From Eledone cirrhosa (taxonomy: Eukaryota), in NCBI GenBank assembly GCA_964016885.1, contig OZ024764.1, positions 24,552,001-24,616,000 on the forward strand: a DNA stretch of 64,000 nucleotides, given 5' to 3'. Below, piece by piece: positions 49,275 through 62,620 of the stretch (positions are counted from its first letter, which is position 1; the number at the start of each line of letters is the position of its first letter). A program made the translations under genes and the position numbers. Under the pieces are notes generated by a model. It worked only from the letters and a program-made list of their open reading frames with translations, ran no database searches and was not told the DNA's origin.

Positions 49275-50410
49275 GACAGAGTTCTTCATTCCATTATCTT
49301 TTGGGCTCCTAGAAAACTAGGTATAGACGAGTGGTTTGTGAAAGCTATACAAGCCATGTACAGAAGAACTGTCAGCAAGGTCAGAATTAACAATGACTAT
49401 AGCAAAGAATTTAGTGTGTAGGTTGGTGTAGGCTCAGTTCTTAGCCCCTTCCTGTTTATCATCATCCTACAGGCAATAACAGAGGAATTTTAGACTAGCT
49501 GCCCTCGGGAACTTCTGTATGCAGATGACCTAACCCTTATAGTTGAACCAGAGATGAACTTCCAAACCTGAAACACTGCCTGGAATCTAAAGTTCTCTTA
49601 AAGTCAACTTAGCAAAGACTAAAGTTCTAGTAAGTAGAAAGGTTAACAGGGCCCAGAACTCCTCATGGAAATAGCCCTACACAGTGTGCAGAAAAGGAAT
49701 AAGTAGAAATTCCATCCCAAGTGCAAGCTATGGGTACACAAGAGATGTAGTGGGATCCCAGATAGGCTAACAAAGAATGTAGGTATTACTTGTGGTCGGT
49801 GCACAGGAGCAATAAGTAGCAAGAGCTCTCAAGATACAATCACCTTCAAATTCCCAGAGGGCTCTATAGAAGTGGTAGATAGCTTCTGTTACCTGGGTGA
49901 CAAAATCAGCAGTGGGGAGGGTGTACCAAAAGTACAGTAGCCAGAGTGAGATTGGGCTGGAGAAAGTTCAGGGATCTACTACCGCTGCTAACTACAAAAG
50001 GTTTTTCTCAAAATAAAAGGCAGACTGTATGATGTAGATATAAGAAATGTTGCATGGCAGCGAGACCTGGGCATTGTGTGTTGAAGACTTGCAAAGATTG
50101 GAAAGAAATGAAGCCTTCATACTTCGCTGGATGTGCAATAGCAACATACGTGAACGGCAAAGTATAAATACACTGTGTGAGAAATTAGGCCTAAGAGGGA
50201 CCAGATGTTATGTGGAGGAGAGGAGATTGTGTTGGTATGGACATGTGATGTGTATGAAGGATGAGAGCTGTATAAAAAGGTGCAGAGTGCTCAAAGTCAA
50301 TGGTAACCATGGAGTAGGCAGTCCTAGGAAGACTTGGGATGAGGTAATAAGAGCTGACCTTACACAATTACACTTCACTAAGGTGATGACACAGGACCTT
50401 GACTTCATCT
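49275..50410 (+). mobile_element. Degenerate RTE-clade LINE (RT region)
   Basis: GSVLSPFLF and ELLYADDL near 49430-49530; MLHGSETW, LCWYGHV and PRKTWDEVI; multiple stops. Confidence 0.85.
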
Positions 50411-50509
50411 CCCCTCCCTAAACCTCCCTCCCCAATTTCCCAAACCATCTACCCCATCCCTCCCAAGTATAACCTCCTCTATAAAGTGATACCCTCTGGA
50501 GCCATGATA

Positions 50510-51075
50510 AAAGAGCCCAGCCCACACTGTAAAGTGGTCATGTAGGTGTCACAACAAAAAGCACCCAGTCCACACTGTAAAGTGGTTGTGTAGGTGTCAC
50601 AATAAAAAGCACCCAGTCCACACTGTAAAGTGGTCATGTAGGTGTCACAACAAAAAGTACCCAGTCCACACTTTAAAGTGGTCATGTAGGTGTCACAACA
50701 AAAAGCACCCAGTCCACACTGTAAAGTGGTCATGTAGGTGTCACAACAAAAAGCACCCAGTCCACACTGTAAAGTGGTTGTGTAGGTGTCACAACAAAAA
50801 GCACCCAGTCCACACTGTAAAGTGGTCATGTAGGTGTCACAACAAAAAGTACCCAGTCCACACTTTAAAGTGGTCATGTAGGTGTCACAACAAAAAGCAC
50901 CCAGTCCACACTGTAAATATGGTTGGTGTTAGGAAGGGCATCCAGCTGTAGAAACCAAGCTAAAATCAGTTTGGAGTGGGTGAATCACGGTCTACTAACT
51001 TGGTCCCTCACAAAGGGACAGCCTGTCCTACCCAAGATAGTATGGAAGATGGACATTAAACAATGATGATGATCA
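50510..51075 (+). repeat. 48-bp module array (about 8-9 copies) plus SINE/RTE-type tail
   Basis: Same unit as 22826-30447, followed by GGTTGGTGTTAGGAAGGGCATCCAGCTGTAG...GATGATGAT. Confidence 0.9.
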
Positions 51076-51119
51076 TAATATATACATATACACATACATA
51101 TATACATATATATATATAA

Positions 51120-52160
51120 ATCTATGGCGGAACTAAAGAACAATTTCCAAACATGAAAGCAGGGACTAGAAAGAAAGGGTCCCAAAGTCAACCTGGCAAA
51201 GACTAAGGACCTCGTAAGTAGACGAGAAAACAGAGCCCAGATCCCTTCAGGGAAATGGCCTTGCTCAGTATGTAGGAAAGGTGTAGGTAGGAATTCTATC
51301 CTCTGCCCCAAATGCAGGCTATGTGTACACAAGAGATGAAGTGGGATCTCAGGAAGTTTAGCTAAGAATGTAGGCTTCATATGTAACGGGATGGAAGAAT
51401 TTCAGGGAACTACTGCCATTGCTAGCTGCAAAAGGCTTTTCCCTCAAAATGAAAGGCAGACTGTATGATGCGTGCATACGAACAACAATGTTACATGGTA
51501 GTGAGACCCGGGCACTGTCTGTGGAAGACTTGCGTAGATTAGAAAGAAACGAAGGCTGCATGCTCCGATGGATGTGTAATAGTAATATATGCGAATGGCA
51601 AAGCATAAACAAATTGAGAGAGAGACTGAGCATAAGAGGAATCAAATGCTGTGTGCAGGAGAGGAGGTTGTGTTGGTATGGACATGTGATATGAAGGATG
51701 ACAGCTGCATAAAAAGGTGTAGAGCACTAGAAGTCATTGGAAACCGCAGAGTGGGGAGACCAAAGAAGACCTGGGATGAGGTGATAAAAGCCGACCTTAC
51801 CCAATTACACTTCTCAAAGGCAATGACACACAACCGTGACCTCTGGTGTTACGCAGTAATACAGAAGACCCAACTTCCCATGGGAACAAGCCGAAGCTGA
51901 AGCATATAGACAATATGCCCCCCCCCCCCCCCTCCGACTGTACAGTGGTCGTGGAGGTATCACAACAAAAAAGCACCCAGCACTCACTGTAAATGAGGTT
52001 GGTGTTAGGAAGGGCATCCAGCCGTAGAACTCAAGCCAGAATCAGTTCCCGTATGAGTAAGACAAGGTCAGCCGACCTAACACCGCCCACAAAAAGACAA
52101 CCTGTCTAACCCATGCTAGTGTGGAAGAATGGACGTGAAACGGTGATGATGATGATAATG
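51120..52160 (+). mobile_element. RTE-clade LINE 3' fragment with its 3' UTR (contains the 48-bp-like module) and (GAT)n tail
   Basis: KGRLYDACIRTTMLHGSET, GRPKKTWDEVI, then AAAAGCACCCAGCACTCACTGTAAA...GATGATGAT. Confidence 0.85.
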
Positions 52161-52164
52161 ACAA

Positions 52165-52209
<45 letters not shown>

Positions 52210-52766
52210 TATATACATACATACACATATATACATATACGCATACATATATATATACATACACACACTCACACACACAAACACACACACATATATATAT
52301 ATATATATATTACATCATCATCATCATCATCATCATCGTTTTACATCTGCTTTTCCCTGCTTGCAAGGGTGGGACGGGTCCTATTCAGCACAGCATCTCT
52401 CCACTTGTCATGGTCCTTCGTCATCTCTGTGAACTTCAGTGATATGAGGTCTGCTCTCACCATATCCACCCATGTTTTTTATGGTCTTCCTTCTGGCATA
52501 TTTTGGCACTTCTCTTCTTACCCGCAAACGAATCGAATGTTATTATTAATATTCAAAAAACTCAGATTACATTTATTATATTCAGCCATGTAGAGTGAAA
52601 TTTTCTTTTTTATTTTAATTTGGCAAAGCCGGCCATTTATCGCTCGTATACAGGAAACTGACTGATCAGCCAGTCTGCTGATATGCAAATCAGGCCGATC
52701 AGTCACTGTGTATTTTAGAAAATATCATAGATTTTCACTAGCTCTGACAGTTGGCAGGTTAACAGT

Positions 52767-52818
52767 GAGCTGTACTGATGAAGGGTAATATCCAGAAACA
52801 TATTAGTGTCTGCAGTTC
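52767..52818 (+). ncRNA. Type-I hammerhead ribozyme motif with GUC cleavage triplet
   Basis: GAGCTGTA-CTGATGA-AGGGTAATATCCA-GAAA-CATATTAGTG-TC-TGCAGTTC; 8-bp stem I (two G.U pairs), 3-4-bp stem III. Confidence 0.7.
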
Positions 52819-52890
52819 TGTTCACATGCCAACACAAGAGCAAGAATGAAGGGTTCATTGTACTGACATGGCTATAAAATTGAGGCTTGT

Positions 52891-52922
<32 letters not shown>

Positions 52923-52924
52923 CA

Positions 52925-53265
52925 TCATCATCATCATCATTTCATTTTACATCCGCTTTTTCCCTGCTTGCAAGGGTGGGACGGGAACTGATTCTGGCTT
53001 GATTTCTACAGCTGGATGCCCTTCCTAACACCAACCTCATTTACAGTGAGTGCTGGGTGCTTTTTTGCCGTGGCACCTCCACGACCACTTTGCAGTGGAA
53101 TGATATGGACCCCAGTCCCTATCATCTCATTTTTACAGCTGAGTAAACTGGAGCAATGTGAAATAAAGTGTCTTGCTCAAGGAAACAACACATCACCCGG
53201 TCTGAGAATTGAACTCACAACCTTTCGATTGCAAGGCCAATGCTCTAACCACTAAGCCATGTGCC
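52925..53265 (-). mobile_element. tRNA-derived CORE-like SINE with RTE-type tail
   Basis: Reverse complement of the family at 54773-55115. Confidence 0.85.
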
Positions 53266-53288
53266 TATATCAATATGTGCCTATATAT

Positions 53289-53336
<48 letters not shown>

Positions 53337-53358
53337 ATATATATATATATATATATAT

Positions 53359-53426
<68 letters not shown>

Positions 53427-53442
53427 ATATATATATATATAT

Positions 53443-53486
<44 letters not shown>

Positions 53487-53512
53487 CAATATATATATAT
53501 ATATATATATAT

Positions 53513-53549
<37 letters not shown>

Positions 53550-53791
53550 AATATATATATATATACGTGTAGGCAACACAGTAAAAACCTCCCAGCCCCA
53601 CACTGTAAATGTGGTTGGTGTTAGGAAGGGCATCCAACTGTAGAAAACCCGCCAGACAGTCCTATGCGAGCAAGACAACCACTCTTGCCTCAAGTGGGAA
53701 AACCCCCGTCCAAACCCATGCAAGCGTGGAACACGGACGCTAAACCTGATGATGATGATGATGATGATGATATATAAATATATATAAATAT

Positions 53792-53878
<87 letters not shown>

Positions 53879-53913
53879 AATATATATATGCGTGTATATA
53901 TTTATATATATAT

Positions 53914-53946
<33 letters not shown>

Positions 53947-54702
53947 AATATATTTTACATTCCCATTTGCCCTTTAAAGCATAACTTTCTGTATTTACTG
54001 CGGTTATGAGATGCAGTTCTTATTCGGGTACAACTTCTGATTTTAGCCTAAGAAAATATCTATATGCGTGTGTAATTTATACACGCATATATTTATTTTT
54101 TTTATTTTCAATTGAGTTCTTAAACACGTTGGATTGATAATGTTTTCGAAAAAACTAATTAACCCGCGTGTATATTATTTTTTTCCTCCTTTCGTGGATC
54201 GTAGTTGTCTCCCCTTCCCGCTTCGTGTCGCTATGATACTTCCTCAGTCAAAAACTGCTGGAATTCAAATTTCGCGGTCATTCGATGCGAGAAGGAGCAA
54301 CTTAACAGACACGATTTTTGACTGCGGTAAGAATTTCTTTCTTATATCAAAGTTTAATGGGCTTCCACTGATGATTTATAAGCACCCACCTAAATATATT
54401 CTTACATGAATATATATTAGGCTTCTACATAAACTGGAAATATTTTCTCAACTTGTAGAAAACTTATAATGAAACAATTGTTTGGAAAGAGAGATATACT
54501 TTAACTTTAATTATATCTCATAAAATAATACAGCTGGTATTTCCACATTATACATATTGTTAGCACCCCAAACACTTAAATTGGGTTTATATTTAAATAT
54601 AACCTAATGTTTATTGAGTGAGATGGTTACCAGTCAGAGTTTAGCTTTAAACTATCTCTGTTATTGTATTAAATATATATATATATATATAAATATATAT
54701 AA

Positions 54703-54733
<31 letters not shown>

Positions 54734-54736
54734 AAT

Positions 54737-54772
<36 letters not shown>

Positions 54773-55115
54773 GGAGGCACATGGCTTAGTGGTTAGAGCA
54801 TTGGCCTTGCAATCGAAAGGTTGTGAGTTCAATTCTCAGACCGGGTGATGTGTTGTTTCCTTGAGCAAGACACTTCATTTCACATTGCTCCAGTTTACTC
54901 AGCTGTAGAAATGAGATGATAGGGACTCGGGTCCCTATCATTCCACTGCAAAGTGGACGTGTAGGTGCCACGGCAAAAAAGCACCCAGCACTCACTGTAA
55001 ATGAGGTTGGTGTTAGGAAGGGCATCCAGCTGTAGAAATCAAGCCAGAATCAGTTCCCGTCCCACCCTTGCAAGCAGGGAAAAGTGGACGTAAAATGAAA
55101 TGATGATGATGAATG
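54773..55115 (+). mobile_element. tRNA-derived CORE-like SINE with RTE-type tail
   Basis: A box TGGCTTAGTGG, B box GAGTTCAATTC, CORE-like CCTTGAGCAAGACACTT, tail shared with the RTE 3' UTR, ends in (GAT)n. Confidence 0.85.
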
Positions 55116-55116
55116 A

Positions 55117-55162
<46 letters not shown>

Positions 55163-55378
55163 ACATATATATATATATATATATACTGTAAATGTGGTTG
55201 GTGTTAGGAAGGGCATCCAACTGTAGAAAACCCGCCAGACAGTCCTATGCGAGCAAGACAACCACTCTTGCCTCAAGTGGGAAAACCCCCGTCCAAACCC
55301 ATGCAAGCGTGGAACACGGACGCTAAACCTGATGATGATGATGATGATGATATATGTATACATATATATATATATATG

Positions 55379-55409
<31 letters not shown>

Positions 55410-55721
55410 ATATGTATATATATGTATATATATAACAGTGGCGAAGGGTAACTTGGAAAGCAAGGCATGCAGTCCAATCACCATGGCGGAAGGTGGGGCT
55501 GCGCAGCCTTACCCCCCCCCCCCCCCGATTCCCTCTAAATGACCCTCCCTCCCATTCAAAGCTGCATGTAGTGTTATCTAGTGTGTGTGTGTGTGTTATC
55601 TTTTTATGTGTCTACGGTTTAGTAAGCAGCCAAAATTCTGCTTCAACCGACGCAATTGATCAACTCAAGATTCTATAATGCATGCACTGCATGCATTGCA
55701 TGCACGGACCCTTCGCCCCTG

Positions 55722-55758
<37 letters not shown>

Positions 55759-55769
55759 TATATATATAT

Positions 55770-55873
55770 ATAGGAACCAGTAAGACCCCGACAGCTGAGC
55801 TCAAGCCGTTTCGACGGCTAATTAGCCGTCGAAACGGCTTGAGCTCAGCTGTCGGGGTCTTACTGGTTCCTAT
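55770..55873. repeat. Perfect 104-bp palindrome without spacer
   Basis: Centre CTAATTAG at 55818-55825; arms are exact reverse complements by eye. Confidence 0.9.
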
Positions 55874-56183
55874 TACCCACTCTACTACCTCAAGTATTGA
55901 GTACTTTGGTGCGTTATGGTCCACCTGGTTCCTTACCACATTTCCTTCGTTATATATATATATATATATATATATAAGTATAGACACGTACATACATATA
56001 TGTATACAGACGTACAGTAGTATGTATATATATATACATACATGCACACATATATATATATGTACGTATGGATTCACCGAACATTCATTACAATGCTCGG
56101 TGTGTTTGTAAACAAACATCTCGTATTAAGCCATACAGTGTCTAGCAACCATCGTTGCTCATTTGTTCAACACTGACAAAGGA

Positions 56184-56226
56184 ACGCTGAACTAGTTTCA
56201 AGCTTATTAGCTATCGTCAGCAACGT
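56184..56226 (-). ncRNA. Minimal hammerhead motif (ACTAGT family)
   Basis: ACGTTG-CTGACGA-TAGCTAATAAGCTT-GAAA-CTAG-TT-CAGCGT. Confidence 0.65.
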
Positions 56227-56585
56227 ATACCTTCCTGCCAGATGGTTGAACGTCCGAAAGTACTGGACACTACGGCTTAATTCGGGATGTTTGTTTACAA
56301 ACACACCGAGCATTATAATATATGTTCGGTGAATCCATACGTACATATATATATGTGTGCATGTATGTATATATATATACATACTACTGTACATCTGTAT
56401 ACATATATGTATGTACGTATACATAGTTATATTTAAGTAACAGCCGTACTAAGAGTGAGAAATGAAATTTCGTTTCATTATTTCCGTTTATATATATATA
56501 TATATATATATCAATATATATATATATAATCTCAAGTTAGTCACTGTAAATTATGAGCTCAAAGGAAAAAGAATCCTGGGGACTT

Positions 56586-56589
<4 letters not shown>

Positions 56590-56646
<57 letters not shown>

Positions 56647-56721
56647 GTATATATATACATATATATATGTATATATATGTATATATATGTATATATATGT
56701 ATATGTATATATATGTATATG

Positions 56722-56771
<50 letters not shown>

Positions 56772-57374
56772 CATATATATATATGTATATATATATGTAT
56801 ACATATATATATATATATACATATATGTATACATATATATATACATTATATATATATATATATATGTATACATATATATATATATGTATATATATATGTA
56901 TACATATATATATACATATATATATACATTATATATATATATACATATATATACATTATATATAGATATACATATATACATACATTATATATATATATAT
57001 ACATTATATATATATATACATATATATATATACATATATATATACATATATATATACATTATATATATATATATATACATATATATATGTGTATATATAT
57101 ATGTGTATACATATATATATGTATATATGTATATATGTATATGTATATATGTATACATATATATATGTATATATGTATACATATATATATGTATATATGT
57201 ATACATATATATATGTATATATATACACATATGTATATATGTATATATATGTATACATATATATATGAATATATATATAATGTATATATATATATATATA
57301 TATGTGTGTGTATATATATACACATATGTATATATGTATATATATGTATACATATATATATGAATATATATATA

Positions 57375-57413
<39 letters not shown>

Positions 57414-57480
57414 GTATTTATATATATATGTATATCTATATATAATGTATATATATATATATGTATATATGTATATATAT
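56590..57480. repeat. (TA)n-based compound microsatellite
   Basis: Direct reading. Confidence 0.95.
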
Positions 57481-57637
57481 GTGTAGGTGGTGTGTTTTAT
57501 TGTGGAACAATAAAGCAATGCAAATATCGGATAAGTAGCACTCAACAGTTTATTGAACTGCAGTATATATAAGAAGAAATTAAAAGATGGTTAAAAAAGT
57601 TCAAAGTCTTTTTTTTAAGCTTCATATCCTGTCTCCC

Positions 57638-57708
57638 TATTTTATCTGATGAGAACGCAAATATCATCACTGGATGATATTTGTTTTTGAAATGCGCATA
57701 ATAAAATA
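57638..57708 (+). ncRNA. Minimal hammerhead motif (ATGCGCAT family)
   Basis: TATTTTAT-CTGATGA-[16-position stem II, loop ACTG]-GAAA-TGCGCA-TA-ATAAAATA; perfect 8-bp stem I. Confidence 0.75.
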
Positions 57709-57894
57709 CATGGAACTTTTTTAACCTTCTTTTAAATTCTTCTTATATATACTCCAGTTCATATATATACACATATATATCTATGTATACACACACACAC
57801 ACACACATATATATATGTATGTATATACACACACACACACACATATATATATGTATGTATACACACACACATATATATATATACATATATATAT

Positions 57895-58220
57895 GGAGGC
57901 ACATGGCTTAGTGGTTAGAGCATTGGCTTTGCAATCGAAAGGTTGTGAGTTCAATTCTCAGACCGGGTGATGTGTTGTTTCCTTGAGCAAGACACTTTAT
58001 TTCACGTTGCTCCAGTTTACTCAGCTGTAGAAATGAGATTATAGGGACTGGGATCCCTATCATTCGTGGAGGTGCCACGGCAAAAAAGCACCCAGCACTC
58101 ACTGTAAATGAGGTTGGTGTTAGGAAGGGCATCCAGCTGTAGAAATCAAGCCAGAATCAGTTCCCGTCCCACCCTTGCAAGCAGGGAAAAGTGGACGTAA
58201 AATGAAATGATGATGAAAAT
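57895..58220 (+). mobile_element. tRNA-derived CORE-like SINE
   Basis: Near-identical to 54773-55115. Confidence 0.85.
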
Positions 58221-58321
58221 GATATATATATGTGTATAGTAATAATAATAAATTTGAAGACTAAAATCCAAAGAGGGCTCGATAAGGATAAATATATATC
58301 AAATATATAAGAACCGTAGAG

Positions 58322-59182
58322 CAAATATTTATTAAAATAACAGATTAAAGTTTAAGCAAAGAATCGCTGCTTTCACCCATAACGGGATCTTCTGAAACTA
58401 ACAAAGTCAATCTGTAAACGCAGAAGTGAATATTTCAAAAAACGTTGCAACCGGAGGAAGACAGGAAGACGATACTTTGGTTCGTGGAAACGTTTCCTGG
58501 CAAAGAACAGGAAAAAACGAATATAATACGTCATTAATAGGAGCGGTGAAAAACAATTACACGCAAAGACAGAACCACGTTTATGGTATAAAAGAAGTCG
58601 TAGACTAATGTTCTCTTAGGTGGTGCATAGAGACGTTCTCTGGCAATGAACGGAAAAAACGAAGATAATACGTCATATGTGGAGCGGGGAGAACAATTGC
58701 ACGCAAAGACAAAACTACGTAAATGGTATAGCTGAAGTCGTAGACTAAAATTCTAACTAGGAAACCAAATGATTCTCCGCTTCAGAGTTAAGAATAAATA
58801 AAATAAATACATGCATACACAAGCATACGCGAAAACACTCGCCATAGGTATACAAAACCATGCCAGAGAACGTCTCTATGAACCACCTAAGAGAATATTA
58901 GTCTATGACTTCTTTTATACCATAAATGTGGTCCTGCCTCTGCGTATACTTGTTTTTCACCGCTCCATTTAATGACGTATTATATTCGTTTTTTCCCGTT
59001 CTTTGCCAGGGAACGTGTCCACGAACCAAAGTATCGTCTTCCTGTCTTCCTCCGGTTGCAATGTTTTTTGAAATATCCACTTCTGCGTTCACAGATTGAC
59101 TTTGTTAGTTTCAGAAGATCCCGTTAAGGGTGAAAGCAGCAATTCTTTGCTTAAACTTTAATCTGTTATTTTAATAAATATA
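58322..59182. mobile_element. Fold-back element with inverted arms of about 320 bp
   Basis: About 58325-58642 is inverted at about 58862-59180; internal direct repeat; partial copy at about 21810-21925. Confidence 0.8.
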
Positions 59183-59190
59183 TATATATG

Positions 59191-59255
<65 letters not shown>

Positions 59256-59269
59256 ACATATATTTATGT

Positions 59270-59304
<35 letters not shown>

Positions 59305-59375
59305 TATATAATACACATAAATGTAAGTATGTATGTATATGTACATACATATATGTATACAGACGTACAGTAGCA

Positions 59376-59411
<36 letters not shown>

Positions 59412-59561
59412 CAGGTACACATACATATATGTACGTATCAGTTTAGCGAACGTTTATTATAACGCTCGCTTTGTCCGTTTGTAAACAAACGGAGAGCCTG
59501 AATTTATGCCGTACGGTGTTAAGGCAACCACGTCACCTTTTTGTTCAACACTGACACAAGA

Positions 59562-59604
59562 ACGATGTACTAGTTTCAAGCTTGTTAGCTATCGTCAGCA
59601 ACGT
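59562..59604 (-). ncRNA. Minimal hammerhead motif (ACTAGT family)
   Basis: ACGTTG-CTGACGA-TAGCTAACAAGCTT-GAAA-CTAG-TA-CATCGT. Confidence 0.6.
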
Positions 59605-59846
59605 ATACCCTTCTGCCAGATGGTTGAACGTTCGAAAGTATATACTTTCCTTACGAAAATTAACGGCTGAGCAGCCTAATTTGCATATCGAGTGAGTTCA
59701 GTCGGCCAGGCACACCGAAAACGATAAATTGGAATAGAATGAAACGAAGTTTCATTTCTCACTCTTAGTACGGCACTTACTTAAATGTAAGTATGTATGT
59801 ATACGTACATACATATATGTATACAGACGTACAGTAGCATGTATAT

Positions 59847-59927
<81 letters not shown>

Positions 59928-60171
59928 CAGGTACACATATATATATGTACGTATCAGTTTAGCGAACGTTTATTATAACGCTCGCTTTGTCCGTTTGTAA
60001 ACAAACGGACAGCCTGATTTATGCCGTACGGTGTTAATAAATTCCAATTTATCGTTTTCGGTGCGCCTGGCCAACTGAACTCACTCGATATGCAAATTAG
60101 GCTGCTCAGCCGTTAATTTTCATAAGGAAAGTATATACTTTCGAACGTTCAACCATCTGGCAGAAAGGTAT

Positions 60172-60214
60172 ACGGTGCTGACGATAGCTAACAAGCTTGA
60201 AACTAGTACATCGT
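60172..60214 (+). ncRNA. Minimal hammerhead motif (ACTAGT family)
   Basis: ACGGTG-CTGACGA-TAGCTAACAAGCTT-GAAA-CTAG-TA-CATCGT; 6-bp stem I. Confidence 0.65.
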
Positions 60215-60497
60215 TCCTGTGTCAGTGTTGAACAAACAGGTGACGTGGTTGCCTGAACAGTGTACGGCATAAATCAGGCTGTCCGTTTGTTTACAAACGG
60301 ACAAAGGGAGCATTATAATAAATGTTCGGTAAACTGATACGTGCATATATATATGTGTGCCTGTATGTATATATATATATATATATATACATGCTACTGT
60401 ACGTCTGTATACATATATGTATGTACGTATACATACTTACATTTAAGTAAGTGCCGTACTAAGAGTGAGAAATGAAATTTCGTTTCATTCTATTCTA

Positions 60498-60621
60498 ATA
60501 CACATATATATGTATGTATACACACACACACACACAGATATATGTGTATGTATACACACACACACATATATATGGGTATGTATACACACACACACATATA
60601 TATATATATATATGTATGTAT

Positions 60622-60652
<31 letters not shown>

Positions 60653-60741
60653 CACACAGACATATATATATATATATATACGCACACACACACACATATA
60701 TATAAATACATATATATACACACACACACACACATATATAC

Positions 60742-60813
<72 letters not shown>

Positions 60814-60879
60814 ACACACACATATATATATATACACACACGCACACACACACATATATATATTCACACACACACACAC

Positions 60880-60928
<49 letters not shown>

Positions 60929-61089
60929 TATATATACACACATACACACACACATATATATATATACACACACGCACACACACACATATATATATACACA
61001 CACACACACACACATATATACACACACACACACATATATATACACACACACACATATATATATATATACACACACACTTATATATATAT

Positions 61090-61120
<31 letters not shown>

Positions 61121-61139
61121 CACACACACTTATATATAT

Positions 61140-61217
<78 letters not shown>

Positions 61218-61231
61218 TTATATATATATAT

Positions 61232-61262
<31 letters not shown>

Positions 61263-61302
61263 CACACACACACATATATATATACACACACACACACACA
61301 CT

Positions 61303-61333
<31 letters not shown>

Positions 61334-61400
61334 TTATATATATATATACACACACACACACACATATACACATATATACACACACACACACGTATATATG
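60498..61400. repeat. (CA)n/(TA)n compound microsatellite
   Basis: Direct reading. Confidence 0.95.
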
Positions 61401-61564
61401 TAATATCAACATTAAATCATCAGAAGACAAAAGACTGCCCCAGTTTAAGACATTTGTGAAAGTTTCAAGATTGGCGTCGACTGTCTTACTGTCAATAATG
61501 GCTGGACTTGGGGGCTTGCTAGGTAGACATAGCACATTGTTGACAGCTAGACCTCTTACTGGCG

Positions 61565-62335
61565 GTGTGGTGCTGGTGGACGGTGGTGGTGGTGGTGTTG
61601 GAGGGGGGGGTAGTGGTGTTGGGGTTGGTGGTGGTGGTGGTGGTGGTGGTGGTGGCGGTATTGGGGTGGTGGTTGTGGTGGTGGTTGTGGTGGTGGTGGT
61701 GTTGGGGGGGTAGGTGGAGGCAGTGGTGGGGGTGTAGTGGTTGTGGTGGTGGTGGTGGTGGTTGTGGTGGTGGTGGTGTTGGGGTGGTGGTTGTGGTGGT
61801 GGTGGTGTTGGGAGGTGGGTAGGTGGAGGCAGTGGTGGGGGTGTAGTGGTGGTGGTGGTGATGGCGGTATTGGGGTGGTAGTGGTGTTGTTTGATATTGG
61901 GGGGGGTGATGGTAGTGGTGTTGTTTGATGTTGGGGGGGTGATGGCGGTATTGGGGTGGTGGTGGTGGTGTTGGGGTGGGGTGGGTGGGTGGAGGCAGTG
62001 GTGGGGGTGTAGTGGTAGTGGTGTTGGGGCGGTTGGGCGAGTGGTGTCGGTGGGGGCTATGGTGGTGTTGGGGGTGGAGGCAGTGGTGGGGGTGTAGTGG
62101 TAGTGGTGTTGGGGTGGTGATCCGGGGGGGTAGTGGTGTTGGGGCGGTTGGGGGAGTAGTGTTAGTGGTGGGGGTGATCCGGGCGGTAGCGGTGTTGGGG
62201 TGGTTCGGGGAGTAGTGTTAGTGGTGTTGGTGGGGGTATGGTGGAGTTGGGGTGGTAGTGGTGGTGGTGGTGTTGGAGGGGGTGAAGGCAGTGGTGGGGG
62301 TGTAGTGGTGTTGGTGGTGGTGTTGGTGGTGTTGT
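61565..62335. repeat. (GGT)n-derived G-rich low-complexity tract
   Basis: Direct reading. Confidence 0.9.
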
Positions 62336-62620
62336 CACCTCCCTGTCTGAACACCCCATATTTCACCCACATCCCTACCCCCACCCCTCACCAGATAAGT
62401 TCCCCATGCACCTTCTCCACTCCAGTCCACACTGTAAATGAGGTTGGCGTTAGGAAGGGCATCCAGCCGTAGAAACTGAACCCAAATCACTTCTGTATGA
62501 GCAACATACGGTCCCCGGATCTGGCTTGTCTGAGAATGGAACAACTTGTCTAACCCATGCCAGCATGGAAATATGGATGTTAAACAGTGATGATGATGAT
62601 GATATATAACATATATATAT

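Larger units (their letters stand above)
59325..60495. mobile_element. Fold-back element with hammerhead motifs (related to about 55980-56480)
   Basis: Segments of 59340-60035 recur inverted at about 60040-60490; hammerheads at 59562-59604 (-) and 60172-60214 (+). Confidence 0.75.

Noticed and set aside
59105-59150. CAGAAGA-TCCCGTTAAGGGT-GAAA hammerhead-like motif (also about 21855 and 58380)
   Set aside because: Core U4 is replaced by A in all copies; no U16.1 and no stem I
56462-61459. Ile/Tyr/His/Thr-rich ORFs
   Set aside because: (TA)n and (CA)n microsatellite artefacts
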